64,000 nucleotides of DNA from a bacterium (GCA_021851895.1 JAJZQJ010000001.1:71338-135337), one strand, 5' to 3'; shown: positions 1 through 9,457, counted from the first letter of the stretch. Translations and numbers: made by a program. Notes: generated by a model not told the origin, from the letters alone.

Positions 1-697
1 AGGTTGTAATTGTCCCAACCGTCGATGTCGATACGCACGATGATACGTTCCACTGCCAATTGTAACCATTCCATGTACCGCAAGCGAGTGTGCCACCACC
101 ACTACCACCGCCACTTGGGGTCGAGGTTGCACCAGTTGCCAAAACAATCGCCTGAGTGGATCCAATAGTATAACCGCCGACATCCCCACCTGAAGCAACG
201 AGAGTATCGCTCGGTGCCTCCAGCGACACTGCGCTCAAAGCATACGACACTGTTCCCTGTGGCGGTATATACCGATAGTAATTTGTTGCATTGTTCAAGG
301 GATCAAGTGGGAGCATTGAAATCAATGACCCACCAGAAGCACCAGCAAGATCGATCGGCAGCCAGCCAGTACCATCGACATTCCTCAGACTGCCAGCAAG
401 TACACACCGATAACTCCATCCTGATTGCAACGCGGGCAAACTCCAGCTCGCACACGTTGATGACGTATCAGGAAGTGATACGTAGACTGTATTCGCACTA
501 CCATAGTTCGCACCAGAGACACTTGCCGCATATACTCCAATCGCTCTATCTACAGTAGAAAGATCTGCCACGCGACGCGCATCACGAGCCTTCGCACGCG
601 CCTGCGCTAACGCAACGAGCACGACGCTCGAGATGAGTGTGATGATTGCGATAACGACAAGAAGTTCAATGAGGGTAAAACCTTTTTTGCGAGTCAT
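1..697 (-). CDS. Type IV prepilin-like protein, paralog 1 (partial; C-terminal part lies upstream of window)
   Basis: Minus-strand reading from ATG at 695-697 gives [47 protein letters not shown]..., a class-III (prepilin) signal/methylation motif. Open frame continues to position 1 with no stop. DNA at 1-40 is homologous to 1595-1640 of paralog 2. A downstream segment reads ACGTWNGYNWQWN, matching CATWNGYGWQWN of paralog 3. Not in the ORF track because it lacks a stop inside the window. Confidence 0.7.
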   Translation of the reverse strand, partial: MTRKKGFTLIELLVVIAIITLISSVVLVALAQARAKARDARRVADLSTVDRAIGVYAASVSGANYGSANTVYVSLPDTSSTCASWSLPALQSGWSYRCVLAGSLRNVDGTGWLPIDLAGASGGSLISMLPLDPLNNATNYYRYIPPQGTVSYALSAVSLEAPSDTLVASGGDVGGYTIGSTQAIVLATGATSTPSGGGSGGGTLACGTWNGYNWQWNVSSCVSTSTVGTITT

Positions 698-703
698 GAT
701 TCA

Positions 704-732
704 ATTATAATATAGCGAATGATGTTATACAA
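704..732 (-). promoter_or_regulatory. Sigma70-like promoter of pilin paralog 1 (TTGTAT-17-TATAAT), -10 ends 6 nt before ATG
   Basis: Minus strand reads TTGTATaacatcattcgctatatTATAATtgaatcATG. An almost identical cassette is repeated at 2231-2259. Confidence 0.55.
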
Positions 733-745
733 TGTATAGTGTCAC

Positions 746-773
746 AAAAACAGAACCACTGGTTCTGTTTTAT
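746..773 (-). terminator. Rho-independent terminator overlapping stop of pilin paralog 2
   Basis: aaaaACAGAACCActgGTTCTGTttttat. The paralogous copy at 2276-2298 carries compensatory changes (ACAGGACCAttgGTCCTGT). Confidence 0.6.
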
Positions 774-2224
774 CGCGCTACGATCTTCGTAACACTATTA
801 CCTCCCCTGTTTGCAGTCCATATATTTAAACCATCGAAAGTAATACCCACGGGGCCCGCACCCGTTCCCGTAAAGGTCGTCATTGGCGTTGGACTGAGTG
901 GATCGATCCTTGTCACACTATTGCCCGTATTATTTGCCGTCCACAAATATTTTCCATCAAACACGATCCCACTTGGACTTCCACCAGTCCCCGAATAAGT
1001 CGCAATGAGGGCCCCATTCGCTGGGTTGAACTTCGAAACACTATTAGTGTTATAATTCGTCGTCCATAAATAGGTGCCATCATATGCAATACCGAAGAGA
1101 TTAGCTCCGGATCCTGCCGTTGTATTCATTCCACCTGTTGTTATATCTATCTTTGTGATTCCGCTTACTCCCCAATTTGCTGTCCACATAGATGTTCCAT
1201 CAAATACGATCCCTGTCGGAATTGACCCAAGTCCCGAATAACTCGTTGTAGCACCTGAGGAAGTAACCTTGGTAACCGCATTTGATGCTTGATCCACTGC
1301 CCACATATTCGCACCATCAAAAGCTATGAAATAGGGATTCGTCAATGTTCCTCCATATGTTGTCATGGTTCCTGTAGGAGTCACCTTCGTCACACTATTT
1401 CCATTCCAATTCGTAACCCACATGTTCGTACCATCGAACGCAATACCTTCAGGATTTGCGCCAGTTCCAGGGTAATTGGTCATACTCCCATCTGTCGTGA
1501 TCTTTGTAACACTGTTCGTATTATAATTAGCAGTCCAGACGTTGTTTCCATCAAATGCGATTGCATAAGGACTTGCGCCAATACCCGTATAGGTTGTCAT
1601 TGTTCCAACTGTCGATGTCGATGAACATGAGGTATTGTACGTAAAGCTATACCCATTCCACGTTGCGCAAACAGGCGCGCCACCTCCACCTCCACCAGTT
1701 CCTGCGGCAATACCACCCCCCTCAGCAGAACCGATGTTCAGCACATAGTTGAATCCATTCGCGAGTGCATTTGTGCCATCACATGCTGCTGCGATCGTCG
1801 TTGAAGATTGTGCCAAAGCGCTCTGTTCGACTTTCACAAAAATACTATAATCCGACGAAGTAGCACAAACACCAAGATAATATGCACCATCACCATAGAC
1901 GGGGTCAATGAGATTGGTATTAGAATAGGTGTCTGCGTTCTTCAGGGCAGTAATGATCGACGTCGTGTAATCGGTCACGCCACTCTTTGCAAAGTATCCT
2001 GCACCCGTATTTTGGTATCCAGCACCTGCAACACGATATGATCCAGTACTCGTCTGATAAAGTTCAAGCGCGGTGCGGAGCTGCACTGCATTCGCCAAAC
2101 GATTCGCGTCACGTGACTTCACCCGTGCTTGCGAAAGTGCGACAAGCACGACGCTCGAGATAAGTGCGATGATCGCAATGACAACAAGGAGTTCGATGAG
2201 GGTAAAACCTCTATGACGATTCAT
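770..2224 (-). CDS. Type IV pilin-like protein fused to C-terminal beta-propeller repeat domain, paralog 2 (484 aa)
   Basis: N-terminus [24 protein letters not shown] (prepilin cleavage/methylation motif G|FTLIE), followed by a pilin-like head ([14 protein letters not shown]...). The C-terminal half has ~7-8 repeats of ~38 aa (P.GIAFDG.N.W.AN...NSVTKIT..G..TTY.G.G) resembling Vgb-lyase/NHL-type propeller blades. Confidence 0.75.
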   Translation of the reverse strand: MNRHRGFTLIELLVVIAIIALISSVVLVALSQARVKSRDANRLANAVQLRTALELYQTSTGSYRVAGAGYQNTGAGYFAKSGVTDYTTSIITALKNADTYSNTNLIDPVYGDGAYYLGVCATSSDYSIFVKVEQSALAQSSTTIAAACDGTNALANGFNYVLNIGSAEGGGIAAGTGGGGGGAPVCATWNGYSFTYNTSCSSTSTVGTMTTYTGIGASPYAIAFDGNNVWTANYNTNSVTKITTDGSMTNYPGTGANPEGIAFDGTNMWVTNWNGNSVTKVTPTGTMTTYGGTLTNPYFIAFDGANMWAVDQASNAVTKVTSSGATTSYSGLGSIPTGIVFDGTSMWTANWGVSGITKIDITTGGMNTTAGSGANLFGIAYDGTYLWTTNYNTNSVSKFNPANGALIATYSGTGGSPSGIVFDGKYLWTANNTGNSVTRIDPLSPTPMTTFTGTGAGPVGITFDGLNIWTANRGGNSVTKIVAR

Positions 2225-2230
2225 GATTCA

Positions 2231-2259
2231 ATTATAATATATCGGATGCTGTTATACAA
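2231..2259 (-). promoter_or_regulatory. Sigma70-like promoter of pilin paralog 2 (duplicate of 704-732 cassette)
   Basis: Minus strand reads TTGTATaacagcatccgatatatTATAATtgaatcATG: 17-nt spacer, -10 is 6 nt from the start codon. Confidence 0.55.
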
Positions 2260-2275
2260 TGTATAGTGTCTGAAA

Positions 2276-2298
2276 AACAGGACCATTGGTCCTGTTTT
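2276..2298 (-). terminator. Rho-independent terminator of pilin paralog 3
   Basis: aaaACAGGACCAttgGTCCTGTttt, directly after the stop of 2297..3733. Confidence 0.6.
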
Positions 2299-3733
2299 AT
2301 CTTGCCACGATCTTCGTGATCGAACTTGAGTTATAATTCGGCGCCCACATACTTGTCCCATCGAATGTGATACCTGCGGATCCAACACCGGTCACCGCAT
2401 ACGAAGTAACACTTCCCAATGGAGTGATGCGTGATACCGTACTTGCGGTATAATTCGCGGTCCACATATTGATGCCATCGAACGCGATACTATTAACACC
2501 GGCACCGGTACCACCATAAGTCGACATCGCACCTGCAGGAGTGATTTTTGTCACACTCGCACCACCATTATTGCCTGTCCACATATTTGTACCGTCAAAT
2601 GCAATGGCGGCCGGATTTGATCCCGTTCCACCGTATGTTGTTATCGTCCCCGCAGGAGTGATCTTACTCACACTGTTTCCATTGAAATTCGCGGTCCACA
2701 TGTTCGTTCCATCAAAGGCGATGCCGTCAGGCTGTAAGCCCGTAGCGGCATAGGTCGTCATTGTACCCGATGGAGTGATCTTCGTTACATTATTATCTTG
2801 CCAATTTGCAGTCCACATATTCACTCCATCAAAAGCAATACCCGACGGCTTTGCTCCTGTACCTGTATATGTGGTCATGACTCCTGAAGGCGTGATCTTT
2901 GTCACACTATTCCCCCCTTGATTGGCGGTCCACATATTCGTCCCATCAAATGCAATATCGATCGGAGATAAACCAGTTCCCACATATGTTGTTGTTGCGC
3001 CCAAAGGAGTGATCTTCGTAACACTATTGCTCCCAAAATTGACCACCCACATATTCGTCCCATCGAATGCAGCAATACGTGGCTTCACCTGAAGACCAGG
3101 ATAATTTGTCACTGTGCCGAGAGCTGCGCCGGCCGTACAGGAGAGATTCCATTGCCAGCCGTAGCCATTCCACGTCGCGCAAACTTGCTGGGCAGGAGTA
3201 CCCTGTCCTGCAGCAAGACCAGCGCCACCTTCCGCTGAGCCAACATCCAATACGTAATTAAAACCATTCGCAAGTGCATTTGCTCCATCGCAGGCTGCAC
3301 CTACAGTTGTCGTCGATTGCGCGAGTGACGACTGCTCAAGCTTAAGAAAAATTGAATAGACCGAAGAGGTCGAACAAACTCCGAGAAAATATTCTGAATC
3401 TCCAAAAACGGGATCGACGAGATTTGATTGTGAATAATAACCGGAATTCTTGAGCGCACTGGTGATTGACGTTGCATAATCGACAACCCCTCCGCGTGTC
3501 ATGAATCCAGCACCCGTATTTTGGTATCCCGCACCTGCAACACGATATGATCCAGTACTCGTCTGATAAAGTTCAAGCGCGGTGCGGAGCTGCACTGCAT
3601 TTGCAAGACGATTCGCATCACGTGATTTCACGCGCGCTTGAGATAATGCAACAAGCACAGCGCTCGAGATAAGTGCGATGATCGCAATGACGACAAGGAG
3701 TTCGATGAGAGTGAAAGCTCTTCTATGAAACAT
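2297..3733 (-). CDS. Type IV pilin-like protein fused to C-terminal beta-propeller repeat domain, paralog 3 (478 aa)
   Basis: [24 protein letters not shown] prepilin N-terminus. The first ~70 aa are near-identical to paralog 2, then diverge. It carries eight [26 protein letters not shown] blades. Confidence 0.75.
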   Translation of the reverse strand: MFHRRAFTLIELLVVIAIIALISSAVLVALSQARVKSRDANRLANAVQLRTALELYQTSTGSYRVAGAGYQNTGAGFMTRGGVVDYATSITSALKNSGYYSQSNLVDPVFGDSEYFLGVCSTSSVYSIFLKLEQSSLAQSTTTVGAACDGANALANGFNYVLDVGSAEGGAGLAAGQGTPAQQVCATWNGYGWQWNLSCTAGAALGTVTNYPGLQVKPRIAAFDGTNMWVVNFGSNSVTKITPLGATTTYVGTGLSPIDIAFDGTNMWTANQGGNSVTKITPSGVMTTYTGTGAKPSGIAFDGVNMWTANWQDNNVTKITPSGTMTTYAATGLQPDGIAFDGTNMWTANFNGNSVSKITPAGTITTYGGTGSNPAAIAFDGTNMWTGNNGGASVTKITPAGAMSTYGGTGAGVNSIAFDGINMWTANYTASTVSRITPLGSVTSYAVTGVGSAGITFDGTSMWAPNYNSSSITKIVAR

Positions 3734-3794
3734 ACTATTATTATACTATATTTTTTATAGTATAAAGCACAAACAAAAACATCCTTTCGGATGT

Positions 3795-5588
3795 TTATGC
3801 TGTGACTTGACGCTTTGCTTTCGAGCGCTCTGTCTCAGTGAGGAGCTTCTTGCGCAAACGAATACTCTTTGGAGTAATCTCGAGATATTCATCATCATCC
3901 ATGATCTCCATACCGTTCTCGATACCGAGCACAACAGGAGGCACGAGATTGATCGCCTCATCAGAACCCGATGCACGCATGTTCGTGAGCTGCTTACCCT
4001 TTGTTGGATTCACAAGCATCTGCTCTCCCTTGCTCGTATTGCCGATGATCATTCCTTCGTATACTTCAGTCGTTGGAGTGATATATATTTCTCCGCGCTC
4101 CTGAAGATTCCAAAGCGAGAAAGCAAGTGCCTTACCGGACTCCATAGAGATCATCGCTCCCGCATTGCGGTGATCGATCTCTCCTGCCCATGGGCGGAAT
4201 CCGATGACGCGCGAAGACATAATACCTTCTCCGCGCGTATCAACGACAAATTGCATACGATAGCCAAGGAGTCCACGTGTTGGGCCCTCGAAAATCATAC
4301 GGACCATATTGTCATGCTGCACCATGTGCGTCATGACAGCGCCGCGCTTACCGAGCTTCTCGATCACCACGCCCTGTGATACGGATGGGACGTCGATAGT
4401 GACTTCCTCGAAAGGCTCGCTCTTAACGCCATCGATCTCTTTCACAATGACCTGCGGCTGTGAAATCTGGATTTCAAACCCTTCACGGCGCATGTTTTCG
4501 AGCAAGATAGCAATATGAAGCTCACCACGTCCTGCGACGCGAAAAGACTCACCCGAAGCGGAGTCAAAATCAACACGGAGACCGACGTTCACTTCGAGCT
4601 CCTTCTCGAGTCGCTCGCGAATCTGGCGACCGGTAACGAATTTACCTTCACGGCCTGCAAACGGAGAGTTATTGACGAGGAAGTTAAGCTCGATCGTCGG
4701 CTCATCGACAGTGATCATTGGAAGCTGCTCTACATCTGCAGAGTGTGCGATAGTCTCACCGATAAAGACATCGGGAATACCTGCAATGATACCGATATCA
4801 CCCGAAACGAGCTCGGGAACCTCAACGCGCTTGATACCGCGGAATGCGAAAAGCTTCGTGATCTTCGCTTTGCGCGCGACTCCATTATTCAAGACAATAA
4901 GATTATCCGCATCCTTCACAACACCGTCGACAACGCGAACGACTGCGAGGCGTCCAAGATAATTATCGTATGCGAGATTAAATGGCTGCGCACGCATTGG
5001 GAGCGAGGTATCGCCATTTGCAACCGGAACATACTCAAGGATCATATCAAGAAGTGGCGTGAGATCCTTACGCTCGTCATCAAGCTTGCGCATCGCAACG
5101 CCTTCGCGTCCGATCGCATAGCACACATGAAAATTCATCTGCTCCTGCGTTGCGCCGAGATCCATGAAAAGCTCGAGCACTTCCTCTTCTACGCGATGAG
5201 GATCAGCTGCAGGCTTGTCGATCTTGTTTATAACAACGATCGGCTTAAGACCCAAGTCGAGAGACTTCTTCAAGACGAAGCGCGTCTGTGGCATAGGACC
5301 TTCCTGGGCATCAACAATAAGGAGCACGCTATCGATCGAGCGCAAGACACGCTCAACTTCGGATCCGAAATCCGCGTGGCCTGGTGTGTCCACGATGTTG
5401 ATCTTTGTGTCCTTGTAGTATGCTGCAGTGTTCTTCGAGTAGATGGTGATGCCACGCTCAAGCTCAAGCGAGTTCGAGTCCATTGATTCACCCTCTGCAA
5501 ACATGCCCGTTTGGCGCATCAGCGCATCGGTCAATGTGGTCTTTCCGTGGTCGACGTGTGCGATGATCGCGATGTTGCGAATTTCCAT
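3795..5588 (-). CDS. typA: Translational GTPase BipA/TypA
   Basis: [30 protein letters not shown]... G-domain with TypA-like length and C-terminus. The ORF-track start at 5618 adds 10 residues; the conserved N-terminus begins at the second Met (5588). Confidence 0.9.
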   Translation of the reverse strand: MEIRNIAIIAHVDHGKTTLTDALMRQTGMFAEGESMDSNSLELERGITIYSKNTAAYYKDTKINIVDTPGHADFGSEVERVLRSIDSVLLIVDAQEGPMPQTRFVLKKSLDLGLKPIVVINKIDKPAADPHRVEEEVLELFMDLGATQEQMNFHVCYAIGREGVAMRKLDDERKDLTPLLDMILEYVPVANGDTSLPMRAQPFNLAYDNYLGRLAVVRVVDGVVKDADNLIVLNNGVARKAKITKLFAFRGIKRVEVPELVSGDIGIIAGIPDVFIGETIAHSADVEQLPMITVDEPTIELNFLVNNSPFAGREGKFVTGRQIRERLEKELEVNVGLRVDFDSASGESFRVAGRGELHIAILLENMRREGFEIQISQPQVIVKEIDGVKSEPFEEVTIDVPSVSQGVVIEKLGKRGAVMTHMVQHDNMVRMIFEGPTRGLLGYRMQFVVDTRGEGIMSSRVIGFRPWAGEIDHRNAGAMISMESGKALAFSLWNLQERGEIYITPTTEVYEGMIIGNTSKGEQMLVNPTKGKQLTNMRASGSDEAINLVPPVVLGIENGMEIMDDDEYLEITPKSIRLRKKLLTETERSKAKRQVTA

Positions 5589-6049
5589 AATAATATTGCG
5601 TTTAGTTGAGCATGGCACAAGGTTTAAGGAAAGCGAGTGGATGAAATTCGAGGAGCGGGCAAAACTTCGAAGAAGATGTACTTGAAGTACATTGACTGAG
5701 AAGTTTGGGTGCCCGCGACAAAGAAGTTCGCCTCTCGCTTTTCTTAAATAAAAAAGAGCCAGATGCCATGTAATAATGTCGCGATATTATAGCACGAAAA
5801 TTTTTATTTTACAAGGCCAAAATGAATTTTTCACAATGCTATACAACACTTTGCCTCGACGATGATTTTTTTGTTTAGCTAATACATTGTATAGACCCAC
5901 TCAAGTGATACGTGCCCTTCGCGGTGATCAGTACCCCACCGCTCATTCACCGAAGAACTACTTACATAAAAAATATTGCTTTGTTAAGGGATTTTTTTAT
6001 TACCATACCTATTTACAAAATTATGAAATAGTGTTATAGTCGTCCTCAT

Positions 6050-7492
6050 ATGAACTCATCCCGATCACACTCCTCGCGCGGAGGCTACGGAGACCGCCCG
6101 AAAGGTGGAGCACGCTCCTACGGACCACGCCCGTCTTTCGGTGACCGCAAGCCAACAGGTGCGCGCAAGTCATACGGAGACAAACCATCGTTTGGCAGCC
6201 GCCCTTCATTTGGCGAAAGGAAATCGTATGGAGATCGTCCATCATTTGGCGATCGCAAGCGCTCTCCATTTGGTGAACGTAAGTCATTTGGTGATCGAAA
6301 ACCATTTGGAGATCGTAAACCATTCGGAGATCGTCCATCCTATTCTGATCGACCAAGGAAATCATTTGGCGACAGACCATCATTCGGGGATCGCCCATCA
6401 TTCGGTGATCGCCCTCGAAGGTCATTCGGTGATCGTCCATCATTCGGGGATCGTAAGCCTTTCCGAGATGGCATGCGCTCTGAACATTCAGCACGATCGT
6501 TCTCACGAGCGCCTCGCGAGGAAAAGCCTGTCGAGAAGGAAGATTACTTCCCAAAGACATCTCGACGAAATGTCACACGAAGCTTCGACCAAGACTTCGA
6601 GAAAAAGAAGAGTGCACCAAAGAGTGAGCGCCCTTCTCTCATGAACGATGTCATGGCGCAAGCGACGAATGAGGCGGATACGCTGACTCCGCGAAAGCAA
6701 AAGGCGTACATGCGTACGACACCACAAAGCGCAACACCAAAGACCTCTTGGGGTGATGTGTCATCATGGTACGACGAGCATCTTGAAAATGAAACAGACA
6801 CCTATCACCTTCAAGTGATCCTTCCAAATCTCAAGCGCTTGATCACACCAGAGAATGGCACAAGCGTACTCGAGCTCGCCTGCGGACAAGGATTCTTTAC
6901 ACGACGTTTTCAGGATGCTTTCCCTGATGCGACCTTTGAAGGCGTCGATATTGGTGATGAGCTTATCGCTATCGCGCAGAAACGTGCACCGAAGATGCAT
7001 TTCGCGGTTGATAATGCGGAGGAACTGAAAACGATCGCTGATGCTTCGTTCGATACGGTGTACATCGTGCTCGCGATACAGAACATCGAGAACATGGAGA
7101 AACTCTTTGGGGAAGTCTCTCGTGTACTCAAACCGTCTGGAACATTCCATGTTGTCATGAACCACCCCGCGTTCCGCATACCAAGAGAATCATCTTGGGA
7201 ATATGTTGACGATAAGGGTATTCAAGCGAGACGCATCGATGCGTATCTCACGAACTCGAAAGTGAGTATGGAGATGCATCCGGGAATCATTGGTGCACCG
7301 CAGACCATCTCATTCCATCGCCCACTGCAAACCTACTTCAAACAACTTACGAAGTATGGCTTCGCTGTCGACCGACTTGAGGAGTGGATCTCTCATAAGG
7401 TGAGCGATTCAGGCCCACGCAAGGATGCTGAGAATAAAGCACGTAAAGAGTTCCCCCTCTTTATGTATCTCCGCGCAAAGAAACTTGGATAA
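6050..7492 (+). CDS. Class I SAM-dependent methyltransferase with ~170-aa N-terminal (R/K)SFGDRP tandem-repeat low-complexity region
   Basis: C-terminal half has VLELACGQGFF (motif I), DTVYIVLAIQNIEN and VLKPSGTFHV typical of the Methyltransf_11/25 fold. The N-terminal 6050-6560 encodes >15 degenerate copies of SFGDR(K)P. Confidence 0.7.
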   Translation: MNSSRSHSSRGGYGDRPKGGARSYGPRPSFGDRKPTGARKSYGDKPSFGSRPSFGERKSYGDRPSFGDRKRSPFGERKSFGDRKPFGDRKPFGDRPSYSDRPRKSFGDRPSFGDRPSFGDRPRRSFGDRPSFGDRKPFRDGMRSEHSARSFSRAPREEKPVEKEDYFPKTSRRNVTRSFDQDFEKKKSAPKSERPSLMNDVMAQATNEADTLTPRKQKAYMRTTPQSATPKTSWGDVSSWYDEHLENETDTYHLQVILPNLKRLITPENGTSVLELACGQGFFTRRFQDAFPDATFEGVDIGDELIAIAQKRAPKMHFAVDNAEELKTIADASFDTVYIVLAIQNIENMEKLFGEVSRVLKPSGTFHVVMNHPAFRIPRESSWEYVDDKGIQARRIDAYLTNSKVSMEMHPGIIGAPQTISFHRPLQTYFKQLTKYGFAVDRLEEWISHKVSDSGPRKDAENKARKEFPLFMYLRAKKLG

Positions 7493-7494
7493 AA

Positions 7495-7518
7495 AAACAC
7501 CGCGAAAGCGGTGTTTTT
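7495..7518 (+). terminator. Rho-independent terminator after methyltransferase gene
   Basis: aAACACCGCgaaaGCGGTGTTttt. Confidence 0.6.
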
Positions 7519-7544
7519 GCTTGGAAGCGTGAAATGCCCGGATG

Positions 7545-7877
7545 CTAGAAACGGTCACTTTCACGCCGAGGGGGCGGAGCCTGAACCGAATAGCCTTTCC
7601 TTAAGAGGAAGAAGAATGCGGTTGCCTCGAACTCGTCGGCCTCCACAGAGAAGTGCTGCTTCCCGTCGGCACTCTTCAAGACTACCGAACTACCGACGGA
7701 TGTGAACTCCAAAGAGTTGCGATCATGTCCGACGAGTTTCCCCGAGTGCATACGCTTTACCCAAGAGGACTCCTTGATATGCTCAGGATCGACCATCGCG
7801 GTCACACCGTCGATGATGACCTGCACACATCTTTTGCAGAACACACCCTTCAAGCGATCGATAAATGACATCGGCAT
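7545..7877 (-). CDS. Hypothetical protein (110 aa)
   Basis: GGAGG sits 8 nt upstream of the ATG on the minus strand. I recognise no domain. Confidence 0.4.
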   Translation of the reverse strand: MPMSFIDRLKGVFCKRCVQVIIDGVTAMVDPEHIKESSWVKRMHSGKLVGHDRNSLEFTSVGSSVVLKSADGKQHFSVEADEFEATAFFFLLRKGYSVQAPPPRRESDRF

Positions 7878-8068
7878 CTATTGCCTCCGAAAAATCTGAA
7901 ATAAAAAAGAGGAACGAATCCTTTGTTCACTCTATAGTAGAGAGAGTCATTGTCAACTGAACATTATTTTAGTTTTATTACAAGAACACACATACACTGT
8001 CACAAAAAGATGTTTCATAAATTATTATATGTGAAGGCAATCCTTCATGACATAAACACAGCAGCTAT

Positions 8069-8812
8069 ATGAAAAAAATCATTATTTTAAGCGGTATTTT
8101 CATGCTTTTTGGAGCATATGCGCACGCAGATACCAGACATCCGATGGATATCATGGTATTACGACCGCTACCCGCGCCGATCGTTTCCGAGGTAGCAACG
8201 ACTTCAGCGTCTGTAGCACTTCCTGATCTTTCAGGATGGTTTGATACATCATCAAGCACGTTAAATGATGTCGCGAAGCAGAGCATATATTTCCAGTATG
8301 GAGAGCTCAAGCAGATCTGTCCGGCGATTTACCCACCACTCCCCTCATGCATGCCAAAGGTCACCGCAAAGGGATTGGCAACGACGACCCTCAATGATCT
8401 CAAGCCCGGCACATGGTACTATGTGCGTTATATTAAGGACTCGAGTATCGCATGTATCAAAGCTCCTTGTCCAACAAATGAGCGCAGGAGTGAACAAACA
8501 ACCTTCCTAACGCTGGGCTCAAATCTTGCGACAAGTACTGCCACGAGTTCCGATGACCGCGGAAGTGAGCGCAAGAATGAGAATAAACAGAAGAAGTTCA
8601 AGCGCGATCTTTGGTATCGCACTCGCGGGGACGAAGTGAAGACATTACAAGAGCTCCTCATCAAGCTCGGCTTCCTCAAAGACGAAGCGACAGGATTCTT
8701 CGGAGTTAATACACTAAAGGCTGTGAAGAGCTACCAGCGTGAGGTCATGCATATTCCACCAACAGGAAAAGTCGGACCACTGACACGATCATCTCTTCAT
8801 GTTGAAGACTAA
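8069..8812 (+). CDS. Secreted protein with C-terminal peptidoglycan-binding (PG_binding_1-like) domain
   Basis: Signal peptide MKKIIILSGIFMLFGAYAHA. C-terminus LQELLIKLGFLKDEATGFFGVNTLKAVKSYQREV matches the peptidoglycan-binding domain signature. Terminator hairpin at 8818-8848. Confidence 0.6.
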   Translation: MKKIIILSGIFMLFGAYAHADTRHPMDIMVLRPLPAPIVSEVATTSASVALPDLSGWFDTSSSTLNDVAKQSIYFQYGELKQICPAIYPPLPSCMPKVTAKGLATTTLNDLKPGTWYYVRYIKDSSIACIKAPCPTNERRSEQTTFLTLGSNLATSTATSSDDRGSERKNENKQKKFKRDLWYRTRGDEVKTLQELLIKLGFLKDEATGFFGVNTLKAVKSYQREVMHIPPTGKVGPLTRSSLHVED

Positions 8813-8899
8813 TAAACAAGCACCACTCGGTGCTTGTTTTCTTTACAGCACATCGAATTTACACTAGGATAACGAAAGATGCTTCTTCTTGGAGGCATT

Positions 8900-9457
8900 A
8901 TGTCCGCGCTTCGCATCATCCATGGATCAGAAAGTCCCTCAAAAGTGAGTGCTGTGCGCAATGTGATCACCTCTTATTTCCCTTCCCCGCTCGATCTGAT
9001 ACATGTGCATATAGATTCGGGAGTCGGGCGACAACCGCGTTCACTCACAGAAACCGTGCGCGGTGCAAAGAAGCGTGCCTGTGACGGACTCATCGCTCTT
9101 GATGGCACGTTCGGCATCGGTATCGAGTCAGGAATCGTTGAACTCCCCGGATCGAGCAGTCTTGCCATGGAGCTTGCCGTCTGCGCAATCTTCAATGGTA
9201 AACACTATGCGATCGGACAATCCGCCGGATTTGAAATTCCTCGGTGTGTCATGGGAGATATCATTACTCATGGGCACACACTCACTGAAGGCTTTGCGAG
9301 CGTTGGTTTCATCAAAGGTGACCACGAGCACGGATCAAGCAATCTGCTCCGAGAGCTCACCAACGGACGAATGACCCGACAGATGCAAAACGAGCAAGCA
9401 CTCACCATGGCACTCATCCAGCTCGACCACTATCAGCTCTACGGCTATCGCGACTGA
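8900..9457 (+). CDS. Inosine/xanthosine triphosphatase, YjjX/DUF84 family (non-canonical NTP phosphatase)
   Basis: IHGSESPSKVSAVRNV...IDSGVGRQPRSLTETVRGAKKRA...GIGIESGIV aligns to the conserved blocks of E. coli YjjX. GGAGG lies 5 nt before the ATG at 8900 (the ORF-track start at 8879 is probably too early). Confidence 0.6.
   Translation: MSALRIIHGSESPSKVSAVRNVITSYFPSPLDLIHVHIDSGVGRQPRSLTETVRGAKKRACDGLIALDGTFGIGIESGIVELPGSSSLAMELAVCAIFNGKHYAIGQSAGFEIPRCVMGDIITHGHTLTEGFASVGFIKGDHEHGSSNLLRELTNGRMTRQMQNEQALTMALIQLDHYQLYGYRD

Noticed and set aside
214-558. Plus-strand ORF (114 aa) at the window start
   Set aside because: Antisense to the in-frame, motif-bearing prepilin paralog on the minus strand. 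H/Q/S-rich, with no RBS.
732-998. Plus-strand ORFs 732-998, 1289-1624, 2541-2753 with P/L/V-rich translations
   Set aside because: They are the reverse complement of the propeller-repeat coding sequence. Their periodic composition is inherited from the real minus-strand genes.
3755-3976. 73-aa minus ORF overlapping the bipA 3' end and terminator
   Set aside because: It overlaps the BipA C-terminus out of frame, is Cys/Leu-rich with no RBS, and is likely spurious.
4515-5486. 323-aa plus-strand ORF inside bipA, plus similar long antisense ORFs inside rpoC, rpoB, lepA and murJ (e.g. 13693-14361, 21391-22140)
   Set aside because: They are antisense to highly conserved genes whose translations match known families residue-by-residue. 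The antisense products are low-complexity.
6021-6644. Overlapping ORFs 6021-6560 (minus) and 6105-6644 (plus) in the methyltransferase repeat region
   Set aside because: They are artefacts of the 21-nt DNA tandem repeats, which keep multiple frames open. Only the 6050-7492 frame continues into a recognisable SAM-MTase domain.
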